DNA of 64,000 nt from Bacilli bacterium (GTDB taxonomy: Bacteria > Bacillota_I > Bacilli_A > RFN20 > UBA1709), in contig JBMNFL010000001.1 in NCBI GenBank assembly GCA_050949315.1, positions 672,001 to 736,000 on the forward strand, written 5' to 3'. Numbering within the stretch: the first letter of the stretch is position 1; the number at the start of each line of letters is the position of its first letter. Positions 8,500-18,500 of the stretch are shown here, piece by piece. The notes below the pieces were generated by a model. That model saw only the letters and a program-made list of their open reading frames with translations, made no database searches and had not been told where the DNA came from. Both the position numbers and the translations under genes were made by a program.

Positions 8500-9273
8500 T
8501 TAACCTAAAGTAACATCTAACACCATCATCAAAACAAAACCCAAAGCAAAAGCTACCGTAGGGATATTAGAGTGCGTTTCTGTTTGCGAATCAGGAATTA
8601 ATTCTTCAACAACTACATACATCATCGCTCCCGCAGCAAAGGCTAAAACATAAGGCAAAATCGGTTCAACAATACTTACTAACAACATTGTCAAAACCGC
8701 GGCAATCGGTTCAACTACACCAGAAAGGAAGCCTAGAAAAAAAGATTTCTTTTTACTATGGCCTTCCTGATAAAAGGGTAAGGAAATAATCGCTCCCTCA
8801 GGGAAGTTTTGAAGGGCGATACCAATGGATAAAGCTAAAGCGGCGTTCATTGATATAATTTCTTGACCGCTGATAACTCCCGCAAGCACAATACCCACCG
8901 CCATACCTTCAGGGATGTTGTGTAAAGTTACCGCAAACATCATCTTGACAGTACGATTAAATTTCGCTGGTCTTCCCTCCATAATGCCCGAACTGTGTAG
9001 ATGAGGAACTAGCGTATCTAAAAGCAAAAGAAAGCCTACACCTATTAAAAAACCCACGGCTGCTGGTAGGGCGGTCCAAACTCCCAAAGACTCTGACATC
9101 TCTATGGCTGGATTAATCAAAGACCAAATTGAGGCCGCCACCATAACCCCAGCCGCAAAACCCAACATAGCCTTTTTAATCTTTTTATTTAATTGTCCTT
9201 TTAATAGTAAAACTAAGGCTGCTCCTAAGGTTGTTCCAATTAAGGGAATCAAAAACCCTAGTAAAATCTTCAT
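8500..9273 (-). CDS. ZIP family metal transporter
   Basis: GFAAGVM, HNIPEGMAVG, QNFPEG, EELIP. Confidence 0.92.
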   Translation of the reverse strand: MKILLGFLIPLIGTTLGAALVLLLKGQLNKKIKKAMLGFAAGVMVAASIWSLINPAIEMSESLGVWTALPAAVGFLIGVGFLLLLDTLVPHLHSSGIMEGRPAKFNRTVKMMFAVTLHNIPEGMAVGIVLAGVISGQEIISMNAALALSIGIALQNFPEGAIISLPFYQEGHSKKKSFFLGFLSGVVEPIAAVLTMLLVSIVEPILPYVLAFAAGAMMYVVVEELIPDSQTETHSNIPTVAFALGFVLMMVLDVTLG

Positions 9274-9379
9274 TTATATCACCAAAACTTTCTACTCTTA
9301 TCAAAAAACTTCTTGATATTTCCAAGTCTAGAAGAAAAGGAATCAAAAAGCAAGTTAACTGTCTTGTCTGCTTTTTATA

Positions 9380-10600
9380 TTAAACCAATTTATTATTTTT
9401 TATTGATAAAACGTAAAACATAATTGATAACAACTGCGCAACTATACAAAGCCAAATTAAAAAGGTTAATGAGAACTCATAGAGTAATCCCAAAACCAAA
9501 CTTCCCAAAAACCAACAAAGACCAAAAACGCCTTCAAATAAACCAAAACCTAGAGAACGCTTATTTTTACCAATAAGTTTGGCGACAGCAGATTTAAGAA
9601 TTGATTCTTGACTGCCAATACCAATGCCCCAAAAAGCCACGCCAATAAAAACCATTAATTTATTGGTGGCAACAAAAATGAACAAAGGGAACATAAAGGA
9701 ACATAAAGTAGATAAAATTAAACTTTTAAAAGCAATCTTATCAAATAGCATACCAAAAAGCAGAGCTGCAAAGGCGTCAACTAACATGGCTAAAGAATAA
9801 AGCATGGGCAAATTTTGAACCTCAAAAAGATTTAAACTCCCAACGTGATAGGCAATTAATGGAAAATCAACAAAACTAAAAGCACATAAACCGATAGCTA
9901 TTAAATAATAAATAAAGGCTCGACTTTTTAACACACTTTTATTTTCGATATTATCTGCTACCACTTCTTCTCTTTCTAAACTATCAGGTTTAGGATATTT
10001 GGCTCGCGCAATAAATAAAATTATTAAAGTGATAAGTGCTGGAATAGCCAAAACCAAAAAGCAAGTTTTATAGGATTCAAAAATATCTGTTGTGTCTTTT
10101 AAATACAAGACAAGGGTCAGAATTAGTGGTCCTATGAAGGCCCCTATTTGATCTAAAAACTCAACAAAAGCGAAACTCTTTCCCTCTCCTAAATTCTTAC
10201 TTGAAAAAGAAACAAGAGTGTTCTTTGCTGGTTTACGAATAGCCTTTCCTATTCGCTCAACAAGAATTAGTGAACAAGCATAAATCCAACCATTGGGCCC
10301 AGTGAGGGCTAGAGCTGGAATGGCAAGTAAATTAATCATATAGCCAATAATGGTCATCGTCCAATATTTTTTAGTTTTATTAGCAATTATTCCTGTTATT
10401 AGAATAAGCGAACAACCAATAAATTCTCCTAAACCCGATATTATAGATATAATTTTTGGCGTGGCTCCTACTATACCCAAAAAGGAACCGTAAATACTTT
10501 TGGCCCCTTCATGAGTCATATCGCTCATCATAGAGACAAGACCCATCAAGACAATGAAAATTATCGAACTAGCTATTATTTTATTATCCTTTGTCTTCAT
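9380..10600 (-). CDS. MFS transporter
   Basis: About 12 hydrophobic segments; SDMTHEGAKS, ERIGKAIRKPAK, LDQIGAFIGP. Confidence 0.85.
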   Translation of the reverse strand: MKTKDNKIIASSIIFIVLMGLVSMMSDMTHEGAKSIYGSFLGIVGATPKIISIISGLGEFIGCSLILITGIIANKTKKYWTMTIIGYMINLLAIPALALTGPNGWIYACSLILVERIGKAIRKPAKNTLVSFSSKNLGEGKSFAFVEFLDQIGAFIGPLILTLVLYLKDTTDIFESYKTCFLVLAIPALITLIILFIARAKYPKPDSLEREEVVADNIENKSVLKSRAFIYYLIAIGLCAFSFVDFPLIAYHVGSLNLFEVQNLPMLYSLAMLVDAFAALLFGMLFDKIAFKSLILSTLCSFMFPLFIFVATNKLMVFIGVAFWGIGIGSQESILKSAVAKLIGKNKRSLGFGLFEGVFGLCWFLGSLVLGLLYEFSLTFLIWLCIVAQLLSIMFYVLSIKNNKLV

Positions 10601-10684
10601 TTATTGTCGCCTACCGTTCTTGCTTTTACAAATTTTAAATCGGTTCTATCTCTTCTATCCTTTTCATCAGAGTAAAGAACTCTG

Positions 10685-12442
10685 TTATTCTTCTACTTCA
10701 ACACTGATAAATTTAAATTTGCTTACATCAAATAAACCCATATCTGTTAATTTAATCTCGGGTATTACTGGCAAAGACATAAAAGTGAGTACCATTACAG
10801 GTTCAAGGCTTCTATTGACTTTTAATTCATTGTGGGCAGCTTCGTGTATTCTATTTAAGGTTTCAGTTACCCATTTTCCAGATCGTGAACTCATAATTCC
10901 GCCTATCTCCATGGGCATAGACTCAACTACCTGGGAATCCTTTACAAGAATTATGCCCCCTTCTTGTTCTACTAATTTTTCCACGGCAAAAGCCATATCA
11001 TCATCATTAACGCCCACAACTATTATATTGTGTGAATCATGGGCAATAGATACCGCTATTGCACCCTCTTTAATCCCGTATCCTCTAAGCAAGGCCACCG
11101 CAACATTCCCCGTATTATGATGTCTTTCCACTACGGCTACTTTTACTATATCTTCATTGGGATTGTAGACAAAATCGCCATCAAAAGAAAGTTTCACCTC
11201 CGCTTGACCTTTAGCGGTTGCTACTCCGCCTGGCAAAATATCTATTACATTTACCTTGTTTGATTTTAAAGTTAGTTTTAATTTAGCCTTGGAAAAATCT
11301 TTAATCATTATTCTTCCTCTTACTTTTTCTATGGAATGTCTTTTGATGGGGAGCAAATACTTGCCATCTTTGGCAACTTCCTTCCCTTCAATAAAGACTC
11401 TCTTAGCCTTGAAATTTTTTAAATCCTCTAATAAAACTATATCCGCCCGACGTCCTGGTGTTATGGCACCTCTATCATAAAGCCTGTAACACTCTGCCGC
11501 ATTTAAACTGGCCATTTGAATGGCGGTAATAGGATTTACCCCTTTTCTAACACAAATTCTTAAATGATCATCCAAATGTCCTTTTTCAAAAATTGTCTTG
11601 GGTTGTCTGTCATCGGAACACAATAAGCATCTTCTAGAATTTTCTGCTGTCATACCTTCCAAAAGATTTTCTAAATCATGACAAACCGAACCTTGTCTTA
11701 ATTGTACATACATCCCTCGTCTTATTCTGTCGTGCATTTCTTCAACTTTTGAACATTCATGATCGGTCATAATTTTCGCTGATGCATAGGCGTTAAGTAA
11801 ATTTCCCGATAAACCTGGACTATGACCATCAATTATTTTATTGTTTTTGTAGGCGACCAATAACTTGTCAAGTACATCATCACTTGCATTTGACACACCA
11901 ACAAAATTCATAAATTCACCTAAGCCTGGTATTTTCTCGTTTTTTATAGGTTCTTCCATAGCCGCCGCATCAATTATGGCTCCCGCATTCTCAAAAGGTG
12001 TGGCCGGGACACATGAGGGTAGCATCATCTTGACATCTAAGGCTACGGCTTCAGAAGCAGCGAGCATATAATCTAGCCCATCAATCCCACAAACATTCAC
12101 AATCTCGTGAGGGTCAGCGATTATAGTGGTGGTACCAAAAGGAACTACTAAACGTCCTAATTCTTCAGGACTAACATAAGACGACTCAATATGAATATGA
12201 GCATCAATAAAACCGGGTGCTGCATAAAGACCTCTGGCATCAATAACCTCTTTGGCTTCATATTCGCCTACCCCAGCGATTTTTCCATTTACAATCGCTA
12301 TATCGCCGTCATAAATCTCTGAATTATAAACATCGACAACTTTACAGTTTTTAATTAACAAATCTGCTTTTTTTCTACCTGCCGCCACGTCTATCAATTC
12401 TTTTAATCCTTTTTTATCAAGTCTTCTCATTTTTTTCACCAT
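10685..12442 (-). CDS. ade: Adenine deaminase
   Basis: PGFIDAHIHIESS, DPHEI, PSCVPAT, DGHSP, DHEC, AHDSHN. Confidence 0.95.
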   Translation of the reverse strand: MVKKMRRLDKKGLKELIDVAAGRKKADLLIKNCKVVDVYNSEIYDGDIAIVNGKIAGVGEYEAKEVIDARGLYAAPGFIDAHIHIESSYVSPEELGRLVVPFGTTTIIADPHEIVNVCGIDGLDYMLAASEAVALDVKMMLPSCVPATPFENAGAIIDAAAMEEPIKNEKIPGLGEFMNFVGVSNASDDVLDKLLVAYKNNKIIDGHSPGLSGNLLNAYASAKIMTDHECSKVEEMHDRIRRGMYVQLRQGSVCHDLENLLEGMTAENSRRCLLCSDDRQPKTIFEKGHLDDHLRICVRKGVNPITAIQMASLNAAECYRLYDRGAITPGRRADIVLLEDLKNFKAKRVFIEGKEVAKDGKYLLPIKRHSIEKVRGRIMIKDFSKAKLKLTLKSNKVNVIDILPGGVATAKGQAEVKLSFDGDFVYNPNEDIVKVAVVERHHNTGNVAVALLRGYGIKEGAIAVSIAHDSHNIIVVGVNDDDMAFAVEKLVEQEGGIILVKDSQVVESMPMEIGGIMSSRSGKWVTETLNRIHEAAHNELKVNRSLEPVMVLTFMSLPVIPEIKLTDMGLFDVSKFKFISVEVEE

Positions 12443-12517
12443 CCCTTTTGCTTATATATTTAATATACAACTTACATGTCAATTAGTGCATAATATTTTG
12501 CGACTATTAATTTGATT

Positions 12518-13885
12518 TTATCCATCCCTTATATGATTTTTGTTTAATTTGGATAATAAAACTACTGTCTCTATATGATAAGTTTGGGGAAACATATCAA
12601 CGCATTCAATCTTTTTTAGTTCATAGCTCTGTTTCAAAGTCTTTAAATCTCTAGCTAGAGAAGCCGGATCACAAGAAACATAAATCAGTTTTGGTGGCAA
12701 CAACTTCAAAATAGAGGTGATGAATTCTTGACTACAACCATCACGAGGAGGGTCTAAAAAAATAACATCGTATTTGCTTTTCTTTTTAACGGCTTTAAGA
12801 ATAAATTCAGTAGCGTCCTCATTAAAAAATTCGGCGTTGGTAATATTATTGCTTTTTGCGTTTTCTTTGGCATCATCTACCGCGCTTTTAACTAATTCCA
12901 CTCCGATAACTTTTTTAACTCTACTCGCAGCAATTAAACCAATTGTTCCTACGCCACAGTAGGCATCTAAGATTGTTTCATAACCTTTTAGTTCGGCAAA
13001 CTCTACCGCTTTTCTATATAAAACTTCGGTCTGAATAGGATTGACTTGATAAAAAGAGTGGGCTGATATTTTAAATTTTAAACCACAAATCTTATCAACA
13101 ATAAATCCTGGCCCATACAAAATTTTTTCTCTCCTACCTAAAACTACACTACTGCGGGAGGGGTTGATATTTTGAACAACCGTCTTAACCTTAGGATTTC
13201 GTTCCACCAGTTCGGTTGTCAGGGCGTTTTTTCTTGGAAAGATTTCGTTTCGCGTCACAAAAACAACCATTAGATCTTGATTGGCAAAGGACTTGCGAAC
13301 AACTGCATAACGAAGAAAACCGCGTTTTTCATGAATTTCACAGGGTTCAATTTTATACTTTTGAACTAACTCTTTAATTAATAAAATAAGTTCATCAGCA
13401 TCCCGATCTTCAATAAAACATTCCTGCATATCAATTATCTGATGACTGCGCTTTTTAAAAAAGCCGGCTATAATTTTGCCATCATAAGTTTGACCAATAG
13501 GAACTTGAACCTTGTTACGATACCTTAAAGGCTCCTTCATTTCCCAAATCTTAGGGACTTCAATTTCTATACCCGCAATTCTTTTTATAACATCTTGAAC
13601 ACGGTTTTGTTTAAAACGCAGCTGTTCCTCATAAACCATATGTTGTAAATGACAGCCACCGCAATATTTATAATTATCACACAAGGGGCGACAGCGATTT
13701 TTAGAAACACTTAAAAGTTTAATTAGACGACCCAAATTATAACCTTTCTCTCTTTTAGTTATTAAAACTTCGGCTTCTTCACCAACAATAACGTTCTCTA
13801 CGAAAAGGGGGATGCCTTCAATTTTTAAGACTCCCTTTCCATCATGCGTATAATCAATACAAGTACCAGTTACTCTGCGTTTCAT
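12518..13885 (-). CDS. rlmD: 23S rRNA (uracil-5)-methyltransferase RlmD/RlmCD
   Basis: TRAM domain, CGGC Fe-S motif, SFYQVN, DAYCGVGTIG, DPPR, YVSC, DMFPQTYHIE. Confidence 0.93.
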   Translation of the reverse strand: MKRRVTGTCIDYTHDGKGVLKIEGIPLFVENVIVGEEAEVLITKREKGYNLGRLIKLLSVSKNRCRPLCDNYKYCGGCHLQHMVYEEQLRFKQNRVQDVIKRIAGIEIEVPKIWEMKEPLRYRNKVQVPIGQTYDGKIIAGFFKKRSHQIIDMQECFIEDRDADELILLIKELVQKYKIEPCEIHEKRGFLRYAVVRKSFANQDLMVVFVTRNEIFPRKNALTTELVERNPKVKTVVQNINPSRSSVVLGRREKILYGPGFIVDKICGLKFKISAHSFYQVNPIQTEVLYRKAVEFAELKGYETILDAYCGVGTIGLIAASRVKKVIGVELVKSAVDDAKENAKSNNITNAEFFNEDATEFILKAVKKKSKYDVIFLDPPRDGCSQEFITSILKLLPPKLIYVSCDPASLARDLKTLKQSYELKKIECVDMFPQTYHIETVVLLSKLNKNHIRDG

Positions 13886-13897
13886 TCGTTCTCCATT

Positions 13898-14410
13898 TTA
13901 AATTTCTATCCAATATCTCTGTATAATTTTGTTTTCTTCTTCTATCTCGTTTTCTAATACTCCGCCATTATATTGAATGATTTTGGCGGAGGCAATATTG
14001 CTTTTATCACAGGTAATCAAAACTTTTGTCATCCCAAAAGCACGACACATTTTTAAGGTCATACCTAATTGCGCTTTGCCATAGCCGCGCCCGCGAAAAG
14101 AAGGACGTATCCCATAACCAATATGCCCTCCAAACTTTTCTAAGTTTTCATTAAGATAACGACGAATATTGACCGTCCCTAAAATATTACCATCTAATTC
14201 CACCAAAAATAAAGTCAGGCTTGGGACAATGCCTGGCGGACAATTTTCCTTAGAACGACGATCAATGTCTTCTTGTTTCCATTCGTTATAATCCCTGCCA
14301 TTTAAACGCAAAGCGAAGGGAACAAGTTTTTCATTCTCCCATTCATTAATGTAATCATAGAATTTTTGGGGCTCAATAGCCTCAACGGGAACTAAATTTA
14401 ATAATTCCAT
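13898..14410 (-). CDS. GNAT family N-acetyltransferase
   Basis: GGHIGYGIRPSFRGRGYG, NIASAKII, RYWI. Confidence 0.88.
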   Translation of the reverse strand: MELLNLVPVEAIEPQKFYDYINEWENEKLVPFALRLNGRDYNEWKQEDIDRRSKENCPPGIVPSLTLFLVELDGNILGTVNIRRYLNENLEKFGGHIGYGIRPSFRGRGYGKAQLGMTLKMCRAFGMTKVLITCDKSNIASAKIIQYNGGVLENEIEEENKIIQRYWIEI

Positions 14411-14432
14411 TTCAATCCTGCTTTCTTCTTAT

Positions 14433-14459
14433 AAAAAAGGGGTAGTTTTTACCCTTTTT
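14433..14459 (-). terminator. Intrinsic terminator
   Basis: AAAAAGGGGTA...TACCCTTTTT hairpin just after the stop of the 93-aa gene. Confidence 0.65.
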
Positions 14460-14461
14460 AA

Positions 14462-14743
14462 TTAACGCTTCTTCTGAAATTTTCCGTCTTTCTTTTTAAC
14501 TGAAACGTTAGCGTCTTGATTTTTGGCGAGGACCTTTAAATAGGCTTCAGCTTCAGCCTTGGTATCAAACAGCTTGATAGCCTTTTTCCCTTTAAATTGA
14601 ATAATCTGCCATTTTCTGTCCTCTTTACGATAAGAAAGTAAATAAGTTTTAGAGGTGGGACTGCTCTTCTCTTCCTTAACTTCCTGCTTTACTGCTGTTT
14701 TCTTCTTGACTTCGACTTTGGTTTCTTTCTTTTTTGTTGCCAC
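14462..14743 (-). CDS. Small basic protein, DUF2188-like
   Basis: GTG start after AAAGGAG; W...KAIKLFDTKAEA...KKDGKFQ pattern; Lys-rich N-terminus. Confidence 0.65.
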   Translation of the reverse strand: MATKKKETKVEVKKKTAVKQEVKEEKSSPTSKTYLLSYRKEDRKWQIIQFKGKKAIKLFDTKAEAEAYLKVLAKNQDANVSVKKKDGKFQKKR

Positions 14744-15272
14744 CTTTTTTCTCTCCTTTTTTATTTTTAACTATCGGCTCAATTTTCTTCAATTCCTTTT
14801 GAAGAATATAGTCATCCATCTTATAACCACTACCAATATCTTCAACCATCTGACCTATTTCGACAAAACCCTGATGTAAATAGAAGTGAAGTGAATCATC
14901 ATTTTGCTTATTAACCCTTAAGTAAACCGCTTGACAATTTTCAGATAATTCAAAGACCTTATTAAGCATTCTTCGACCAATTCCATTACGGCGATACTCC
15001 TTGCGAAGATAAAGTCTACTCAAATACATTTTAACTCCGTGTTTTTCAATCGCAAAGAAACCGATGACTTCTGTGTTGCTATAAACTAGGTAAAAAATTG
15101 CTCCCTGACGTTGTTGTTGTTTAATTGCTGAAGGCGTATGAAAAAGCTTGACCATGTATTCGCACTGCTCTTCGGCAAGAATTGGATAGTAGTGCTCTTT
15201 AAAGACTTCGATAGCCGTCTTTGAAAGCTCACGAATCGTATTGTTGTTTACGACTTTTTGAAAATAAATCAA
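14676..15272 (-). CDS. GNAT family N-acetyltransferase
   Basis: LSRLYLRKEYRRNGIG, LRVNKQN, FYLHQGF, MDDYIL. Confidence 0.85.
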   Translation of the reverse strand: MIYFQKVVNNNTIRELSKTAIEVFKEHYYPILAEEQCEYMVKLFHTPSAIKQQQRQGAIFYLVYSNTEVIGFFAIEKHGVKMYLSRLYLRKEYRRNGIGRRMLNKVFELSENCQAVYLRVNKQNDDSLHFYLHQGFVEIGQMVEDIGSGYKMDDYILQKELKKIEPIVKNKKGEKKGGNKKERNQSRSQEENSSKAGS

Positions 15273-15371
15273 GACTATCTACACCCCTTTATTAAATCTT
15301 AACATCTTTCTTGGCTTTTGTCTTAATTTTTTTGTGTTTTTTTTGTTTTTTTCCAAAGACTTTTACGCCCT

Positions 15372-15400
15372 TTGACTTTTTAACCTATCTTCGTTATAAT
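15372..15400 (+). promoter_or_regulatory. Sigma-A promoter for the FAD-dependent oxidoreductase gene
   Basis: TTGACT-17 nt-TATAAT. Confidence 0.75.
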
Positions 15401-15455
15401 TCATTGGGGAAATTATTCTAAATAATTTCCGCTAAACTCATTAGGGGGTTAAGCG

Positions 15456-16874
15456 ATGGAACGAAATTATGATGTCATTATTGTAGGTGCAGGACCAATG
15501 GGAATGTTCACGGCCTACGAATTAGTTTTAAAGATGCCTGATTTGAAAATTCTTTTAATTGATAAAGGCTTAGATATCTATCAACGTGGTTGCCCACTAA
15601 TGAGCGGTAAAGTTGAACGTTGCCCAAAAGATAAAAACGATAATTCTGGCTGCCAGCCCAGCTGCTCAATCACCACTGGCTTTGGGGGAGGTGGGGCTTA
15701 TTCGGATGGTAAGTTCAATATAACCAGCGAATTCGGTGGTTGGTTAACTGATTATCTACCAGAAAGTGAAGTTTTAGAATTAATTAACTATGTGGATGCC
15801 ATCAACCTCAAACATGGTGCCCCAACAAAGGTTACCCAACCCAATACTGAGAAAATCTATGAGATTGAGAAAAAAGGTATTGCAGTTGGTCTAAAATTGT
15901 TGCGCAGCAAGGTAAGACATCTAGGAACCGAGGTCAACCTTAAAGTATTAGAATCTATTTTTGAATTTTTAAAACAAAGGCTTGATTTTTCTTTTTGTAG
16001 TACTGTTACTGATGTTTTAGTAAATAACGGCGTTTGCTATGGTGTAAAACTCGAGGATGAAACCACAATTAATGCTAAATATGTTGTCCTTGGTGTTGGC
16101 CGCCCCGGCTCCGATTGGTTATGTAAGACTTTACGACGTTATGGTGTGAAATTTAAAAACAACCGCGTTGATGTTGGCGTTCGCGTAGAAACCAACAACA
16201 TCATCATGGATGAAATTAACCAAAACCTCTATGAGGGAAAGTTTATCTATCGAACTAGCGATGGTACACAGGTGAGAACCTTCTGTTCTAACCCCAGTGG
16301 TCATGTTGTTGTAGAAAACTATGATGGGGTAATGCTTTGTAATGGCCACTCTTACAACAGTAAAAAGCTCGGTAGTGAAAATACCAACTTTGCTTTACTC
16401 GTCTCCTATGAATTTAACGATCCTTTCAAAGACCCCAACCAATATGGCAAAGAAATTGGCCGTGTAGCCAATCGATTAGCTAATGGTTCGGTTATTGTTC
16501 AAAAATATGGCGACATTCTTCGCAGTCGCCGTTCAACCCAAAAAAGGATTGAGGAAGGTTATGTAAAACCAACCTTAAAAGAGGCAGTACCTGGGGACTT
16601 AACTTTGATTTTACCCTATAAAACCATGAAAGCTTTAATTGAAATGATAAATGCTTTAAATACCATCACTCCGGGAATCGCCAATGATCATACTCTTTTC
16701 TATGGAGTTGAAGCTAAATTTTACTCCGCTCGCGTAGCCGTAGATAAGAATTTCCAAACCGTCATTAAAAACCTTTATGTCGGTGGCGATGGCGCTGGTC
16801 TTACTAGGGGCCTTTCCCAAGCTGGCGCCAATGGCATAAAAGTTGCACGAGCCATTATCGCTGCTCAAAAATAA
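15456..16874 (+). CDS. NAD(P)/FAD-dependent oxidoreductase (uncharacterised FAD-dependent dehydrogenase family)
   Basis: GAGPMG Rossmann motif, GGGGAYSDGK, RHLGT, VDVGVRVE, VRTFC, GDGAGLTRGL. Confidence 0.85.
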   Translation: MERNYDVIIVGAGPMGMFTAYELVLKMPDLKILLIDKGLDIYQRGCPLMSGKVERCPKDKNDNSGCQPSCSITTGFGGGGAYSDGKFNITSEFGGWLTDYLPESEVLELINYVDAINLKHGAPTKVTQPNTEKIYEIEKKGIAVGLKLLRSKVRHLGTEVNLKVLESIFEFLKQRLDFSFCSTVTDVLVNNGVCYGVKLEDETTINAKYVVLGVGRPGSDWLCKTLRRYGVKFKNNRVDVGVRVETNNIIMDEINQNLYEGKFIYRTSDGTQVRTFCSNPSGHVVVENYDGVMLCNGHSYNSKKLGSENTNFALLVSYEFNDPFKDPNQYGKEIGRVANRLANGSVIVQKYGDILRSRRSTQKRIEEGYVKPTLKEAVPGDLTLILPYKTMKALIEMINALNTITPGIANDHTLFYGVEAKFYSARVAVDKNFQTVIKNLYVGGDGAGLTRGLSQAGANGIKVARAIIAAQK

Positions 16875-16885
16875 GTGTCTATTAT

Positions 16886-16920
16886 AAAAAGATGTTCGCT
16901 AGAAGCGGACATCTATTTTT
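16886..16920. terminator. Bidirectional terminator
   Basis: AGATGTTCGCT/AGCGGACATCT stem flanked by A- and T-runs between convergent genes. Confidence 0.8.
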
Positions 16921-18498
16921 TTATTTAAAACTAATACTAAGTGTTGCTACACCAAAAACAATAGAATCAACACTAATCGTAAAATTGACCGGAGTTCCAT
17001 CATACCAAGTGGCGTTTTCACCAAAAGATTGACCAGCATAAAACAAATCGCTATCGCTAGCCTCTGTTGGTAAATCACCATGCACGGTATGGGTAAATTT
17101 TTCTAAACTCGCATCGCCATCTCCCTCCATGAGTTTGGCAAAAAGACGAGAACTTGTGGAATTATTGTAAGAAAATATCGTGTAATAGACATCTAAATTT
17201 AAGGCATCGCCAACTGAGTGATCAACCGTGGCATCGATATGATAAATACGAACGCCCTTGTTCTTAAACAAACCCCAACAACCTTTATGAAGCTCGTTTA
17301 ACTTTGTTGGAGTATAAAAATCGACTAGGTAATATTCACTGAAATAAGAGTCATTCCACTCTTTAGGGATTAATAAAACTTGATATTCATTCTCGTTTGG
17401 CGTGTCTTGCATACTTACTAATTTTATAGTTTCATCACTGGTTATTACTTTTGGTTCAATCCAGCCCAACAAGATCTTACTCTGAGGACCATGATCACCA
17501 ACGCTGGCATCCATCAAATCCGCTCCGCCTAAACCACCAATCATTTTACTAGGCACAGCATTACCATTTTTATCTTGGTAATCATAATCATAGTAATCAT
17601 CTAAACCCAATAAATGTCCGGTTTCATGAATATAGGTTACAGCATTGATAGGAATGTATTTGGTGCCTGTACAGTCGTAAGGCTCATTGATAAAATCAAC
17701 ACTAGCCCACATGTAATAATCAACCTTTAATCCATCATAATTACTAGTGTGCTTTTGAGGATACCAATCAACCCAAGCCCACCAAAAATCATCATCCATA
17801 TATTCAAGTAAGATAATATCTTGATTATCGCTACCAGAATAAGGCAAACTGTAAATCAAACAAACCGCATCGATAACACCATCATTATTGGAGTCATAGT
17901 TGGAATAATCTATCTCATTATCTAGACCTGCTAAAACCTCCTCTAAAATTACAGCAACGCCATTGTCAACATCGTTTTGATAATAACAAAAATTTTGACT
18001 TAGAGTAAAAGCCGTTTCTAAAACGTCGAAAGTTAAATCCAACTTCCCATAAGAACTTTTATTATAAAAAGAACTGACGCTTTCAAAACCCGTCTGTTCG
18101 GAAGTGCCATTAAAAGCCAATTGGATTTTATCTAAATCTCCCTCCGCAAAACGGCCAAATCCTTTGTAGGTTTGAAATTCCACCGGAACCACCAAAATTT
18201 TCGGTGTCCCCATGCTAGGTACTCCAACACCAATTTTTGTTATCCCTTCCGCGTCCTGAAGCATATCATCTAATAGTTTTTGACCTTCACCTGTAAAAAC
18301 ATAATTACTAGCGCTTGAACTGCTGCTATGACCAGTAGATGACGAAGAGCTTGATGAACTTGAAGCACTAGAAACGCTAGTGGTAGTAGAACTACTGCTT
18401 GTTGAACTACTATCGCTACTGCTATAACTAGTAAAAAACGAGCCACAGCCCGTTAATAAAAGGCCTAATAATAGAATTAAAATTTTTTGCTTTTTCAT
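16921..18498 (-). CDS. M6-family (immune inhibitor A-like) metalloprotease lipoprotein with Ser/Thr-rich tether
   Basis: Start moved to ATG 18498 (MKKQKIL); lipobox LTGC; poly-Ser linker; KILVVPVEF, FYNKSSYGKL, DSNNDGVID, HETGHLLGLDDYY, LMD, KILLGW. Confidence 0.85.
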   Translation of the reverse strand: MKKQKILILLLGLLLTGCGSFFTSYSSSDSSSTSSSSTTTSVSSASSSSSSSSSTGHSSSSSASNYVFTGEGQKLLDDMLQDAEGITKIGVGVPSMGTPKILVVPVEFQTYKGFGRFAEGDLDKIQLAFNGTSEQTGFESVSSFYNKSSYGKLDLTFDVLETAFTLSQNFCYYQNDVDNGVAVILEEVLAGLDNEIDYSNYDSNNDGVIDAVCLIYSLPYSGSDNQDIILLEYMDDDFWWAWVDWYPQKHTSNYDGLKVDYYMWASVDFINEPYDCTGTKYIPINAVTYIHETGHLLGLDDYYDYDYQDKNGNAVPSKMIGGLGGADLMDASVGDHGPQSKILLGWIEPKVITSDETIKLVSMQDTPNENEYQVLLIPKEWNDSYFSEYYLVDFYTPTKLNELHKGCWGLFKNKGVRIYHIDATVDHSVGDALNLDVYYTIFSYNNSTSSRLFAKLMEGDGDASLEKFTHTVHGDLPTEASDSDLFYAGQSFGENATWYDGTPVNFTISVDSIVFGVATLSISFK

Positions 18499-18500
18499 TT

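Noticed and set aside
18305-18430. Low-complexity ACT/GCT/GAA-rich tract as a tandem repeat or CRISPR-like array
   Set aside because: It is the coding Ser/Thr linker of the lipoprotein, with mixed codons and no fixed repeat unit.
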